Shown: positions 1-8,854 of the stretch, one piece after another
Numbering within the stretch: the stretch's first letter is position 1
How the letters are laid out: each line of letters opens with the position of its first letter
Assembly: GCA_947624295.1 (NCBI GenBank)
Contig: CANQJV010000004.1
Location: 16,012 to 80,011, forward strand
Source: an uncultured Ruminococcus sp.
GTDB taxonomy: Bacteria; Bacillota; Clostridia; Oscillospirales; Ruminococcaceae
Direction: 5' to 3'
Length of the DNA: 64,000 nucleotides
Notes under the pieces: model-generated
The model's database searches: none
The model's input: only the letters and a program-made list of their open reading frames with translations
Told to the model about the DNA's origin: nothing
Program-made: the position numbers and the translations under genes

Positions 1-420
1 TGTGAAAAGTACCCTGTCCGCCTGTATATCAGTTTCTCTGCGGTCAGGCTTATCAAGCAGTGTGATTATCTCCAGTGATTTGGGATTCCTCGCACGCAAA
101 ATATCTGCAATTGCCTTAAGGGTGTTACCGCTGTCGATAATATCCTCCGCAACAACAACGTTATAATCAGCTATATTCTGCTGTAAATCGAGTGTTATAC
201 GGACTTCACCGGAAGAATGCGTGCCGATATAGCTTTGCGTACCCATAAAGCCTATTTCGCATGGTATAGTTATATTCCTTGCCAAATCCGCAAGGAAAAC
301 GAAAGAGCCTTTGAGTATACCGACAAGCAGAAGATTGCCGTCTTTATATTTTTTGCTGATATAGTCGCCTGTCTGCTTTAATTTTGCGGAAATAGTTTCA
401 CTGCTTATGAGAATTTTCAT
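1..420 (-). CDS. hpt: hypoxanthine phosphoribosyltransferase (3' end runs off the window)
   Basis: Manual translation from ATG 420: MKILISSETIS...LLLVGILKGSFVFLADL...VVVAEDIIDSGNTL...LLDKPDRR, which contains the PRT motif; GAGGTG RBS upstream. Not in the ORF track. Confidence 0.93.
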   Translation of the reverse strand, partial: MKILISSETISAKLKQTGDYISKKYKDGNLLLVGILKGSFVFLADLARNITIPCEIGFMGTQSYIGTHSSGEVRITLDLQQNIADYNVVVAEDIIDSGNTLKAIADILRARNPKSLEIITLLDKPDRRETDIQADRVLFT

Positions 421-508
421 ATAATATCACCTCTATTATTTGATATTATAACATATTTATTCACATATTTCAATAGATTTGAGATATAATTATGCAATTA
501 AACTTAAT

Positions 509-747
509 GCGGCAGGGAGCCCCTGCGGGCAATTTCGCACTGTAGTATGTTTAGTGATGTAGGTATTTCTGCGGATTGTGCGATTCCAGTAAATTTTTTT
601 TCTGTCCTGTATTGCATAATTTGCGGAGAAATCTGCTTGTCTAAACAAACTACAGCGCAAAATTGCGTGCGCAGGTGCGGGTGTCCGGTGGACACCTCTG
701 CGAAGCAGAAGCACCGACCGAGGCGACAGCCGAGAACTCTCCGCCGC
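509..747. repeat. mosaic interspersed repeat: terminal hairpin, inverted pair of ~45-bp A modules, 61-nt branched cassette
   Basis: caatttcgcactgtagtatgtttagtg (530+) and its inverted copy (622-666) match copies at 49068, 49313, 49433, 53101 and 53201; cassette 676-736 is near-identical to 49652-49712 and 53030-53090. Confidence 0.9.
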
Positions 748-783
748 AAAATAACCCGTACCACTAAGGATACGGGTCATTTT
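748..783 (-). terminator. intrinsic terminator-like hairpin
   Basis: AAAAUGACCCGUA-10 nt loop-UACGGGUUAUUUU on the minus strand. Confidence 0.65.
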
Positions 784-906
784 CGTTTAATCTGTAAGGA
801 GATGAAAGGAGAGAGTTTCATTTTGACAGTTTTCTGTTTAATATCTGCTTATCTTGTAGGATTTCTCCCACAAGACAAGCATTTGTAGGTTTCTCTTACT
901 TAACCT
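748..906 (-). ncRNA. candidate small regulatory RNA (~160 nt)
   Basis: Extended -10 TGGTACAAT (921-913); 16-bp GAAA-capped hairpin (881-846) whose two G-U pairs form only on the minus strand; CU-rich anti-SD tract (815-796); terminator-like hairpin 783-748. Confidence 0.6.
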
Positions 907-970
907 GATTATATTGTACCATAATATTCCGTGGAATAGTACCCTAAAAAACAGTCATTTTACTATAAAA

Positions 971-2044
971 TCACGTCATCGGGAAGTACAGGGTAAACTC
1001 TGCGCCCTTATCGGTTTCCCCGAAAGCCGTAATATAACCGCCATGGCGTTTCATTATCCTTGCTACGAGTGCTAAACCTACACCACTGCCCTCAAATTCC
1101 TCTTCGGAGTGAAGCCGTTGGAATACCTGAAAAAGTTTATCCGCATATGTCATATCAAAGCCTGAACCGTTGTCTTTGATTCTGATAACGCTGTAATTAT
1201 TATCATTTCCGCCCGACATTTCAATAACAGCGTGCTTTCTTTTGGAAGTATATTTTATTGCATTGCCGAGGAGATTTTTCATCATTGTCTGTATAAGCAC
1301 TTCATCGCCCATAATTTCGGGCAAATCACCGCATATAAATTCAATATCCCTGTCGGGTTCAAGTTCACGCAGTTCCCCGAAAGTTTCAACAGCTGTCTTT
1401 TTAGGGTCAAGCAGGCGCATATTCGGTTTTATATTGCACATTCTCGAAAATTCAAGCAGGCGTTCAATCATAACTCTTGTCTGAGTAGCTTTTGAAACAA
1501 TCATATTCATTATATCGTCAACGCCTTTGCCCTGATTTTCGCCCAATTCCCCACGGAGCATATCAATCAGCATATTTATTATATTGAACGGTGCTTTCAG
1601 GTCGTGAGATACAGCCGAACAGAACATATTCAGTTCATTGTTGGCGTTAGTCAAGTCCCTTTGCTGGTGAGCTATTTTCAAGTGAGTGCGGATTCGTGCG
1701 AGGTATTCCTCTTTAATGAACGGTTTTTTGACGTAATCGCAGCCGCCCAATGCAAAACTTTCGCTGATAATATCGGGGCTTGTTTCGGAGGTAAGGAAAA
1801 TAACGGGGACGTTGTTCAAAGCGGGGTTTTTCTTAATTTTACGGCACAAATCAAGACCGTTTGTATCGCCGAGCTGAATATCAAGCAAAATCATATCGGG
1901 GATTTTTTTCCCGAGGAAACTCATTGCCGATTTACCGCTTGTTGCGGCGAATACCCTGTAACCCTCAGCTTTCAGGAGCGTACCGGAATAAGCAATCTGG
2001 TCAGGCATATCGTCAACTATGAGTATTTCTGCATAATCAGACAT
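971..2044 (-). CDS. hybrid REC-HisKA-HATPase histidine kinase (no sensor domain)
   Basis: N-terminal receiver (ILIVDD, PDMILLDIQL, VIFLT, KP), H-box SHDLKAP, NLLGNAIKY, DNGSGF, GSGVGLA; start moved to ATG 2044 behind GAGG. Confidence 0.9.
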   Translation of the reverse strand: MSDYAEILIVDDMPDQIAYSGTLLKAEGYRVFAATSGKSAMSFLGKKIPDMILLDIQLGDTNGLDLCRKIKKNPALNNVPVIFLTSETSPDIISESFALGGCDYVKKPFIKEEYLARIRTHLKIAHQQRDLTNANNELNMFCSAVSHDLKAPFNIINMLIDMLRGELGENQGKGVDDIMNMIVSKATQTRVMIERLLEFSRMCNIKPNMRLLDPKKTAVETFGELRELEPDRDIEFICGDLPEIMGDEVLIQTMMKNLLGNAIKYTSKRKHAVIEMSGGNDNNYSVIRIKDNGSGFDMTYADKLFQVFQRLHSEEEFEGSGVGLALVARIMKRHGGYITAFGETDKGAEFTLYFPMT

Positions 2045-2070
2045 TTTCAATATCGCCTCTTTTATTATAG

Positions 2071-2164
2071 TTTTCAATTTTGCGGTGTAGCTTGATTAGA
2101 GAGGAAGATAACTCCGCAAATTATGCAATTACAGAACATATATTTTATTTTTTCAGTAAAGTTT
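2071..2164 (+). repeat. degenerate A-module copy of the mosaic repeat
   Basis: caattttgcggtgtagc...gaagataactccgcaaattatgcaattacagaac resembles 48930-48994 and the A consensus. Confidence 0.7.
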
Positions 2165-2186
2165 ATATTTTTCAGAAAAGCCCTGT

Positions 2187-2939
2187 TTATTTATATTTGG
2201 ACGGTGTTGTACCTGTAATTTCCTTGAATACTTTGGTAAAATAGTCAACAGATGAGTAACCAAGCATATCACTTATTTCATACGCCTTGTAATTGCCTGT
2301 TCTGAGGAGTTCCACGGCATATGCAATCTTGACTTTGGAGTGAAACTCGTGGAATGTGATACCGAAATTCTGCTTGAACAGTTTCGAAAAATAGTCCTTG
2401 CTGTAGCCTTGTTCGTCGGCAACATCGTCAACTGTAAACATTTTGTGATACTGCGCTGAAAAATATGCTACTACCTGAGCCGTGAACTTATTTTTATCGG
2501 GGTCAACGCCTATATCAGCAAGAATACGTGCTACTACAGGCGAAACTTTGTTCTTTTCGTTCATTTCCTCGATATGGTCAGCTACTCTTTTCAATACTTT
2601 TTCGAGTTCCTCACGCTGTACAGGTTTGAGGAGGTAATCAAAAGCTCCCAACACAAGACCCTGCCTTGCGTATTCGAACTCATCGTGTGAACTTGCGAAC
2701 ACTACAGGGGTAGTATTGCCTGTATCGTGTAACTTCTTCAGCATTTCGATACCGTCAACAAACGGCATTCTTATATCAGTGAAAATCAGGTCAAAAGATT
2801 TATTTTCGAGGATTTCGAGAGCCTGTTTGCCGTTAGTTGCCTCAGCTGATATAGTGAATCCGCAATCAGACCACGTTTTCATTTTAGAGTAGATGAAGCG
2901 CAAAGCCGTATCATCTTCCGCAATAAGCACTTTGTACAT
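2187..2939 (-). CDS. YesN/AraC-family response regulator
   Basis: REC (VLIAEDD, DLIFTDIRMP, LLKP) plus C-terminal AraC HTH (YFSKLFK...LGYSSVDYFTKVFKEITGTTPSKY). Confidence 0.92.
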   Translation of the reverse strand: MYKVLIAEDDTALRFIYSKMKTWSDCGFTISAEATNGKQALEILENKSFDLIFTDIRMPFVDGIEMLKKLHDTGNTTPVVFASSHDEFEYARQGLVLGAFDYLLKPVQREELEKVLKRVADHIEEMNEKNKVSPVVARILADIGVDPDKNKFTAQVVAYFSAQYHKMFTVDDVADEQGYSKDYFSKLFKQNFGITFHEFHSKVKIAYAVELLRTGNYKAYEISDMLGYSSVDYFTKVFKEITGTTPSKYK

Positions 2940-2942
2940 AAT

Positions 2943-3875
2943 TCACACCTCTTTCATATTTTCCGCAATCCACATAAAGTCATAATTCAGGACGGATTTC
3001 TTGAGTTTCTTGAATTTATCGGCATTCATATTTGCCATAAACGAGTTGATATTTTCTGTAAACATATCGACAGCTGAAATATCATAATCGCACGCAAGAG
3101 CAAGGAATTTTTCACGGAGCGAATGCCAATCGGATTTATCCTCATCGCAAGGGTATTTTTTAGAAAGTTCATCGTGGTACAGAGATAATTCTTTGAACGT
3201 CTGTTCCCATACTTCTGTAAATTCAGGCAGAATATCGTACTGTTGACGGCGGAGTTCAGCGGAGAGTTCACAAGCAAGCCTGTATAATTTCCGGCAGAAC
3301 ATATTCCCGGAAATACCCGTGATATTGTGGAGTATCTCCCTTGCTCCGAGGAAATTACCGTTGTGGGCGTATTCAGTGAGGATTTCGCAGTCTTTGTTGT
3401 GAATCGCAAGGAATTGTTTCAGCACGCTAAGTACAGCCTTTTCATCTTTCATAACGCTGATGAGTTCATCATAATCGAAAATAACGTCATCTGAATCAGT
3501 TGAAATTTCAGCGGAATCGATGTCAATATATTTACTCAGCAGTTTCTGTAATTCTCCTGCCTGTAGCGGTTTCAGCAGTGAACCTGTCATACCGCTTTCG
3601 ACGAATCTGCTGTCATCGGGAGGTATTTCGTCAGCAGACAAGGCGATTACAGGGATAGTTATATTATTTTCCCTGATGAGCCTGCAAGCCGTATAGCCGT
3701 CCATTTCGGGCATATTTATATCCATAAATATCAATGCAAACTGTTGTTCTTTTGCGAGAGAAACAGCCATTTTACCTCTGTTAGCCGTTGTAACGTCAAG
3801 CCCTAAATTTTCAAGCATAAGTGCCTGTATTTCGAGATTTATCTCATTATCGTCAACGATAAGAATTTTTAACAT
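2943..3875 (-). CDS. response regulator with REC and putative Hpt domain
   Basis: REC (ILIVDD, IFMDINMPEMDG, LLKP) followed by a helical domain with Hpt-like HNITGISGNM. Confidence 0.8.
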   Translation of the reverse strand: MLKILIVDDNEINLEIQALMLENLGLDVTTANRGKMAVSLAKEQQFALIFMDINMPEMDGYTACRLIRENNITIPVIALSADEIPPDDSRFVESGMTGSLLKPLQAGELQKLLSKYIDIDSAEISTDSDDVIFDYDELISVMKDEKAVLSVLKQFLAIHNKDCEILTEYAHNGNFLGAREILHNITGISGNMFCRKLYRLACELSAELRRQQYDILPEFTEVWEQTFKELSLYHDELSKKYPCDEDKSDWHSLREKFLALACDYDISAVDMFTENINSFMANMNADKFKKLKKSVLNYDFMWIAENMKEV

Positions 3876-3894
3876 AAGTCACCTCTTTTCTTAA

Positions 3895-6800
3895 TTAAAG
3901 CCATTTCTGTAACGCTTTAAGCAGCTGATTGAAGTCAAGCGGTTTAGCGATATGTTCGTTCATACCTGCATTTTTCGCCATTGCAACGTCCTCCGCAAAA
4001 GCATTGGCAGTCATTGCGATTATAGGCACGGATTTAGTGTAGTTACGTGACAGCGAACGTATAGCCCGTGAAGCCTGATAGCCGTTCATTATAGGCATTT
4101 GAATATCCATAAATATAATATCAAAATAGCCGTCCTCAACATTTGACATTATATCAACAGCTTGTTTGCCGTCGCTTGCAAATTCAACGGTAAGACCTGC
4201 CATATCGAGGATTTCGCCTGCTATTTCTGCGTTGAGTTCGTTATCCTCAACAAGAAGTGCCCTTTTACCTGAAAAATCTTCCTCGCTGAGTGCCTCTAAT
4301 TCGGACGCTGTATGTTCTTCAGGTTCACCGCACACGAGGTCATTGAAAAGGTGAACCATTCTTGATTTGAAAAGCGGTTTTGATATGAAAGCATTTGCGC
4401 CTGCTGCTCTCGCCTCAAGTTCTATGTCAGACCAGTCGTAAGCGGATATAATTATAATGGGAATCTGATTACCGACACTTTTTCTTATTTCACGGGTAGT
4501 TTGAACGCCGTCCATTTCGGGCATACGCCAGTCTATGATAACTGCAAAGAAATCGTCATCATTTTTGTTATGTTCAACGACACGTTCAACAGCTTCCCTG
4601 CCGGTGAGAACCCATTCGCCGTCCATACCGATTTCCTTAAGGAGTTCGCAGGTATAAATGCACGAAACTTTATCGTCGTCAACAACAAGAACGGGCAAAT
4701 CGATGAATTTAGCGCAGTCAACAATTTCCTCATCGCTCCTCAATCTCAAGAAGAATGTGATTTTGATTTTAGTACCCTCATTCAGTTTACTTTTCACATC
4801 AATAGTGCCGTTCATCATCTGAACAATATTTTTAGTTATAGGCATACCGAGACCTGTACCCTGTATTTTGTCAATACGTTTATCATTTCTTGCACGTTCG
4901 AACGGTTCGAATATATGTTTCTGAAATTCCTCGCTCATACCGATACCGTTATCCTCGAATATGAATTCATAACAGCCGACTTTATGTTTATTTGTAGGCT
5001 TTTCGGAAATCGTGAGGGAGATTTTACCGCCATTCTGAGTATATTTTATAGCATTGCTCATGATGTTCATGAAAACCTGCTGAATACGCTGACTGTCGCC
5101 GATAACGTTTTCGTGTTCGATGTTTTTGATTGACACGCACAAATCGTGATTTTTAGCGTTAATTTCGGGTTTGGACATAATAAGCAGATTATCGATGAGT
5201 TCAGGGAGATTGAATTCATCTTCCTGTAGTTCCATTTTACCCGATTCGATTTTGGACATATCAAGCACTTCGTTGATTATACCGAGCAAGTGCTTTGAAG
5301 ATATAGTTATTTTTGTAAGGCAATCAGCAAGACGTTCCCTGTCGTCCATATGAGTGCCTGCTATAGCTGTAAGACCTATAATTGCGTTCATAGGAGTGCG
5401 TATATCGTGGCTCATATTTGACAGGAAATCAGTTTTTGCGGAATTTGCTATATTAGCCGATTCGTAAGCCGCTTTAAGTGCCTCTTGTTGTGCGAGTTCA
5501 GCCTCTTTTTGTTTTTCAATGACATTCATTGCAAAGATAGCTGTAGTGACATTGCCGTTTTTATCTCTGCCTGCTGATATAAGACTTGCCCTGCACCAGC
5601 CGAGATTAGTACGGCGAAATTCAAGCGTATTGTAGTCAGAATCAGCAAGAGAATTGTTGACGTTCTCGAATTTAAGGAAATCAGCAACTTTATCGCTGAA
5701 TTCAGGTTCAACAAATTTTGATGTGTAAATGCGGATAAAATCGTCAAGATTACCGTTATCGGAAAGATGCTGTAAAATATCATCTTTCTTTTTGAGGACA
5801 GTATATTCGCCTTCATCGTATGAGAGCAGATATATACAGGAGTAGATTTTCAGGAAAACTTCAATTATATTGCTCCGTTTTTTATCCTCGCTCTTATCTG
5901 AAGTAATGTCATATATAACGAAACTTGCGTGAACATTGCCGTTTATTTTGTACAAAATAACGAGAATGCGGTGATATTTTTTAGTTGACGGCACATAGTA
6001 CTCAAAATCAATGATACTTGTACCCTTATTGCAAGCCTCAATGAGTTTATCACGGTGTCTGACTGTAGCAACATCGGACTCATTGTCATATATAATACGT
6101 TTATCAGAAAACCACGCTGCTGCGAAATCGTCGTAAGAAGTCGGGGTAATTATACCGAGAGCTTCTGTAAGATTCTCACCGTTTGACGAAAATACAGGAT
6201 TCTCAATAATATCGTTTTCGAGGTTGACTGCAAAGAACGTTTTACTTCCGAGGGCGAGAGCGTTCCTGTATTGACGGCGTTCCTCATCGAGTTTTTTCTC
6301 CATAAGTTCCTGCTCCGTGATGTCAAGCAGTGTACAAAGAATATACTTCTGTCCGTTAGCAAATTCAAGCATTTTCACACTGGAGCGGACGTTTATAATA
6401 CCGCCGTCACGTAAAGCCCTGTATGTCAAATCAGCGGAATCTCCGGGATTATTCAGTTGTTTTTCAGCTGAAAACATAATTGACCTGTCATCAGGGAAAA
6501 CACGTTTTTCGAGGAATTGCATAATAGCCTCAGTAGACTTATAGTTATTCTCGCAGGACATTATTCTTTTAGCCTCATCATTTATGACAAGGATTTTATA
6601 TTCAGGGATAGTGTAAGCGAATACACCGCAGTTAATTGAATTAAGGATTTCCCTTTGCATATCACGTCTGTTAGTAATATCGGCGTGACTTTTCAAAATT
6701 TTCTCGTGTTCCTCGCTGTTCTGCATTACGGTAGCGATAAACGAACCGAGTAACATAAGGGATTCCTTGACAATCATAGTCATCTCTTCAGAGGCATTGT

Positions 6801-7233
6801 CAACGCCGATAAAGCCCATAAGCCTGTTTCCGAGTGCAATAGGAGCTTCTACAGCACTTCTGATATTCTGCCTCGCAAGAGTTTCATATACAAACGGTGA
6901 TGAGTGGCGTATATCCTCAATATTTCCGACAACAACGCATTCACCTTTTTCAAGTGTTTCAACCCAGTAAAAAATATCATCAGCAGGAATATCTTGTAAA
7001 GTATCAATTTCTGAAGTAATGCCTTCCGCACACCATTCAAAAGTATTCGAGTAGTAATTATTTGATTCTTCAAATATATACGCTCTGTCAGCACCGAGGT
7101 AATCACCGATAGAGGCAAGGACTTCGTTAATTGATTTTTTCATATCACTTATGGAATTAAGTTTAGCGATTTGTTTATGTATCATTTTTGAAACTTCAAG
7201 TTCTTTCAGAAGCATTTTTATATCTTCAGCCAT
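3895..7233 (-). CDS. cytoplasmic hybrid sensor kinase GAF-(PAS-like)-HisKA-HATPase-REC-REC
   Basis: GAF (ADRAYIFE...TFEWCAEGI...GFIGVDN), H-box FLSNMSHDIRTPMN, NAIKYT, DNGIGM, GTGLG, two receivers; start moved to ATG 7233 behind GGAGAG. Confidence 0.92.
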   Translation of the reverse strand: MAEDIKMLLKELEVSKMIHKQIAKLNSISDMKKSINEVLASIGDYLGADRAYIFEESNNYYSNTFEWCAEGITSEIDTLQDIPADDIFYWVETLEKGECVVVGNIEDIRHSSPFVYETLARQNIRSAVEAPIALGNRLMGFIGVDNASEEMTMIVKESLMLLGSFIATVMQNSEEHEKILKSHADITNRRDMQREILNSINCGVFAYTIPEYKILVINDEAKRIMSCENNYKSTEAIMQFLEKRVFPDDRSIMFSAEKQLNNPGDSADLTYRALRDGGIINVRSSVKMLEFANGQKYILCTLLDITEQELMEKKLDEERRQYRNALALGSKTFFAVNLENDIIENPVFSSNGENLTEALGIITPTSYDDFAAAWFSDKRIIYDNESDVATVRHRDKLIEACNKGTSIIDFEYYVPSTKKYHRILVILYKINGNVHASFVIYDITSDKSEDKKRSNIIEVFLKIYSCIYLLSYDEGEYTVLKKKDDILQHLSDNGNLDDFIRIYTSKFVEPEFSDKVADFLKFENVNNSLADSDYNTLEFRRTNLGWCRASLISAGRDKNGNVTTAIFAMNVIEKQKEAELAQQEALKAAYESANIANSAKTDFLSNMSHDIRTPMNAIIGLTAIAGTHMDDRERLADCLTKITISSKHLLGIINEVLDMSKIESGKMELQEDEFNLPELIDNLLIMSKPEINAKNHDLCVSIKNIEHENVIGDSQRIQQVFMNIMSNAIKYTQNGGKISLTISEKPTNKHKVGCYEFIFEDNGIGMSEEFQKHIFEPFERARNDKRIDKIQGTGLGMPITKNIVQMMNGTIDVKSKLNEGTKIKITFFLRLRSDEEIVDCAKFIDLPVLVVDDDKVSCIYTCELLKEIGMDGEWVLTGREAVERVVEHNKNDDDFFAVIIDWRMPEMDGVQTTREIRKSVGNQIPIIIISAYDWSDIELEARAAGANAFISKPLFKSRMVHLFNDLVCGEPEEHTASELEALSEEDFSGKRALLVEDNELNAEIAGEILDMAGLTVEFASDGKQAVDIMSNVEDGYFDIIFMDIQMPIMNGYQASRAIRSLSRNYTKSVPIIAMTANAFAEDVAMAKNAGMNEHIAKPLDFNQLLKALQKWL

Positions 7234-7424
7234 ATAAACACTCTCCATTATATATATATTACTTTGTATTATAACATAGATTTCACATAATTTCAAGTAT
7301 TTTTTCTTAAACAAAGTGTAAATTCTCCTATATAAATTGTAAATTATCCTATATAAAAATGCAAATCCTGATATTTTCAAAGACTTCTGTTGATTTGATT
7401 TGCATATTTATTTTACATATTCTC

Positions 7425-7453
7425 TTGAATTATAATTAAAATTGTGATATAAT
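7425..7453 (+). promoter_or_regulatory. sigmaA-type promoter for the hisK-lrp-aminotransferase-ispE operon
   Basis: TTGAAT-17 bp-TATAAT with TG extension. Confidence 0.6.
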
Positions 7454-7491
7454 AGATTTAATCCACAATTCAAAGGAGCTGATTTCACTAA

Positions 7492-8343
7492 ATGAATCTT
7501 ATTGACTGCCACACACATACGCAATTTTCAATGGACAGTGATGCTGATATTGTGCAGATGATTGAGCGTGCAAAATCGTTGAATCTTTCAGCATACGCCG
7601 TGACTGACCATTGCGAATGCAATTTCTGGTATGAACGGGAGCATTACAGTGCTGAACAAATTCTGTTAGCTGATGATTACTTCAACTATAAGCAGGATTT
7701 TGATAATTCCGTGAATGCTGTAAACGCTCTCAAAGAAAAGTACAGCGATTTTAATTTAATCTGCGGTGTTGAAATGGGTCAGGCAATGGCTGATATTGAA
7801 GTTGCTGAAAAAATTGTGAATGACACACGGCTTGACTTTGTAATTTCGTCTGTACACCAAATCAAAGGCGAAAAAGATTTCTACTACATAGACTACGCAA
7901 ATATGACTATGGACGAAATATACAATCTTCTTGAAAGATATTTCATAGAAGTGTACGAATTGTGCAAATGGGGGAAATTTGATGTTTTAGGGCATCTCAC
8001 GTACTGCATACGATATATGAAAATGCGTAACGGTATAAACCCTGATTTGAAACGATTTGACGACATAATCGCTGAAAGTTTCAGGAAACTCGCCCAAAAA
8101 GACAAGGGTATTGAGATAAATTCGTCAGGTATCAGGCAAAATTGCGGATATACATTCCCGTCGCTTGAATACGTGAAACTTTTCCACGATAAAGGCGGTG
8201 AAATAATTTCAATCGGTTCAGACGCACATACAGTTGACGATATAGGTGCTGACGTAGTGACTGCAATTGAAGTCGCTAAAACAGCAGGATTCAGGCGTAT
8301 ATGCTATTTCAGGGAACGCAAGCCGTATTTTCTTGATATATAA
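7492..8343 (+). CDS. hisK: histidinol-phosphatase, PHP (HisJ/HisK) family
   Basis: DCHTHTQFS, AVTDHCE, GVEMG, DFVISSVH, DVLGHL, GIEINSSG, GSDAH. Confidence 0.8.
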   Translation: MNLIDCHTHTQFSMDSDADIVQMIERAKSLNLSAYAVTDHCECNFWYEREHYSAEQILLADDYFNYKQDFDNSVNAVNALKEKYSDFNLICGVEMGQAMADIEVAEKIVNDTRLDFVISSVHQIKGEKDFYYIDYANMTMDEIYNLLERYFIEVYELCKWGKFDVLGHLTYCIRYMKMRNGINPDLKRFDDIIAESFRKLAQKDKGIEINSSGIRQNCGYTFPSLEYVKLFHDKGGEIISIGSDAHTVDDIGADVVTAIEVAKTAGFRRICYFRERKPYFLDI

Positions 8344-8374
8344 TTTATATAATTTAACGAAAGGATATGATTAA

Positions 8375-8854
8375 ATGAAAAACGAAATCATCAGAATTTT
8401 ACAGCAAAATGCACGTATTTCAAATACAGCTCTCGGGGAAATCCTCGGTATTTCCCCTGAACAGGCAGCGGAAGAAATCCATAAACTTGAGGAGGAAGGC
8501 GTTATACGTGGTTACAGCGTCATTGTTGACGACGAAAAGCTTGACAATTCCGCTGTATACGCAACGATTGAACTCAAAGTCACACCTCAGCGTGACTGCG
8601 GTTTTGACGATATAGCTAAAACAATTATGATGTATGACGAGGTTGAAAGCGTAAATCTTATGTCATCAGGCGTGTATGATTTATCAGTCGAAGTCAAGGG
8701 GAATAACCTCAAAGATGTTGCTTTTTTTGTTTCGGAAAGGCTTGCCACAATAGACGGTATACTTTCAACATCAACGCATTTTATCCTCAAGAAATACAAG
8801 GAAAAAGGCATATTTATTGACGACGACGAAACTGACGAAAGAGGTATTGGCTGA
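8375..8854 (+). CDS. Lrp/AsnC-family transcriptional regulator
   Basis: N-terminal HTH (LQQNARIS...LEEEGVIRGY) plus RAM domain; coupled to the aminotransferase gene. Confidence 0.9.
   Translation: MKNEIIRILQQNARISNTALGEILGISPEQAAEEIHKLEEEGVIRGYSVIVDDEKLDNSAVYATIELKVTPQRDCGFDDIAKTIMMYDEVESVNLMSSGVYDLSVEVKGNNLKDVAFFVSERLATIDGILSTSTHFILKKYKEKGIFIDDDETDERGIG

Noticed and set aside
676-736. tRNA fragment or self-cleaving ribozyme
   Set aside because: No T-loop, anticodon arm or CCA, and no hammerhead, HDV or twister core recognised by eye.
490-888. ORFs 490-780, 504-764 and 547-888, and similar ORFs at 49430-49624, 49717-50019, 51244-51438, 53008-53256 and 53316-53612 sharing peptides such as QFCAVVCL
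   Set aside because: The shared peptides are translations of the same non-coding repeat modules in different frames; no RBS or consistent start/stop.
4501-5133. Long antisense or alternate-frame ORFs (e.g. 4501-5133, 29697-30335, 57803-58333, 59525-60052)
   Set aside because: They lie wholly within well-supported genes and show no recognisable motifs or RBS; shadow ORFs.
7234-7380. Upstream extensions given by the ORF track (also 2045-2077, 13535-13576, 18158-18232, 21807-21869, 31479-31622, 56281-56322)
   Set aside because: Downstream ATGs have better RBS or translational coupling and match the expected domain starts.
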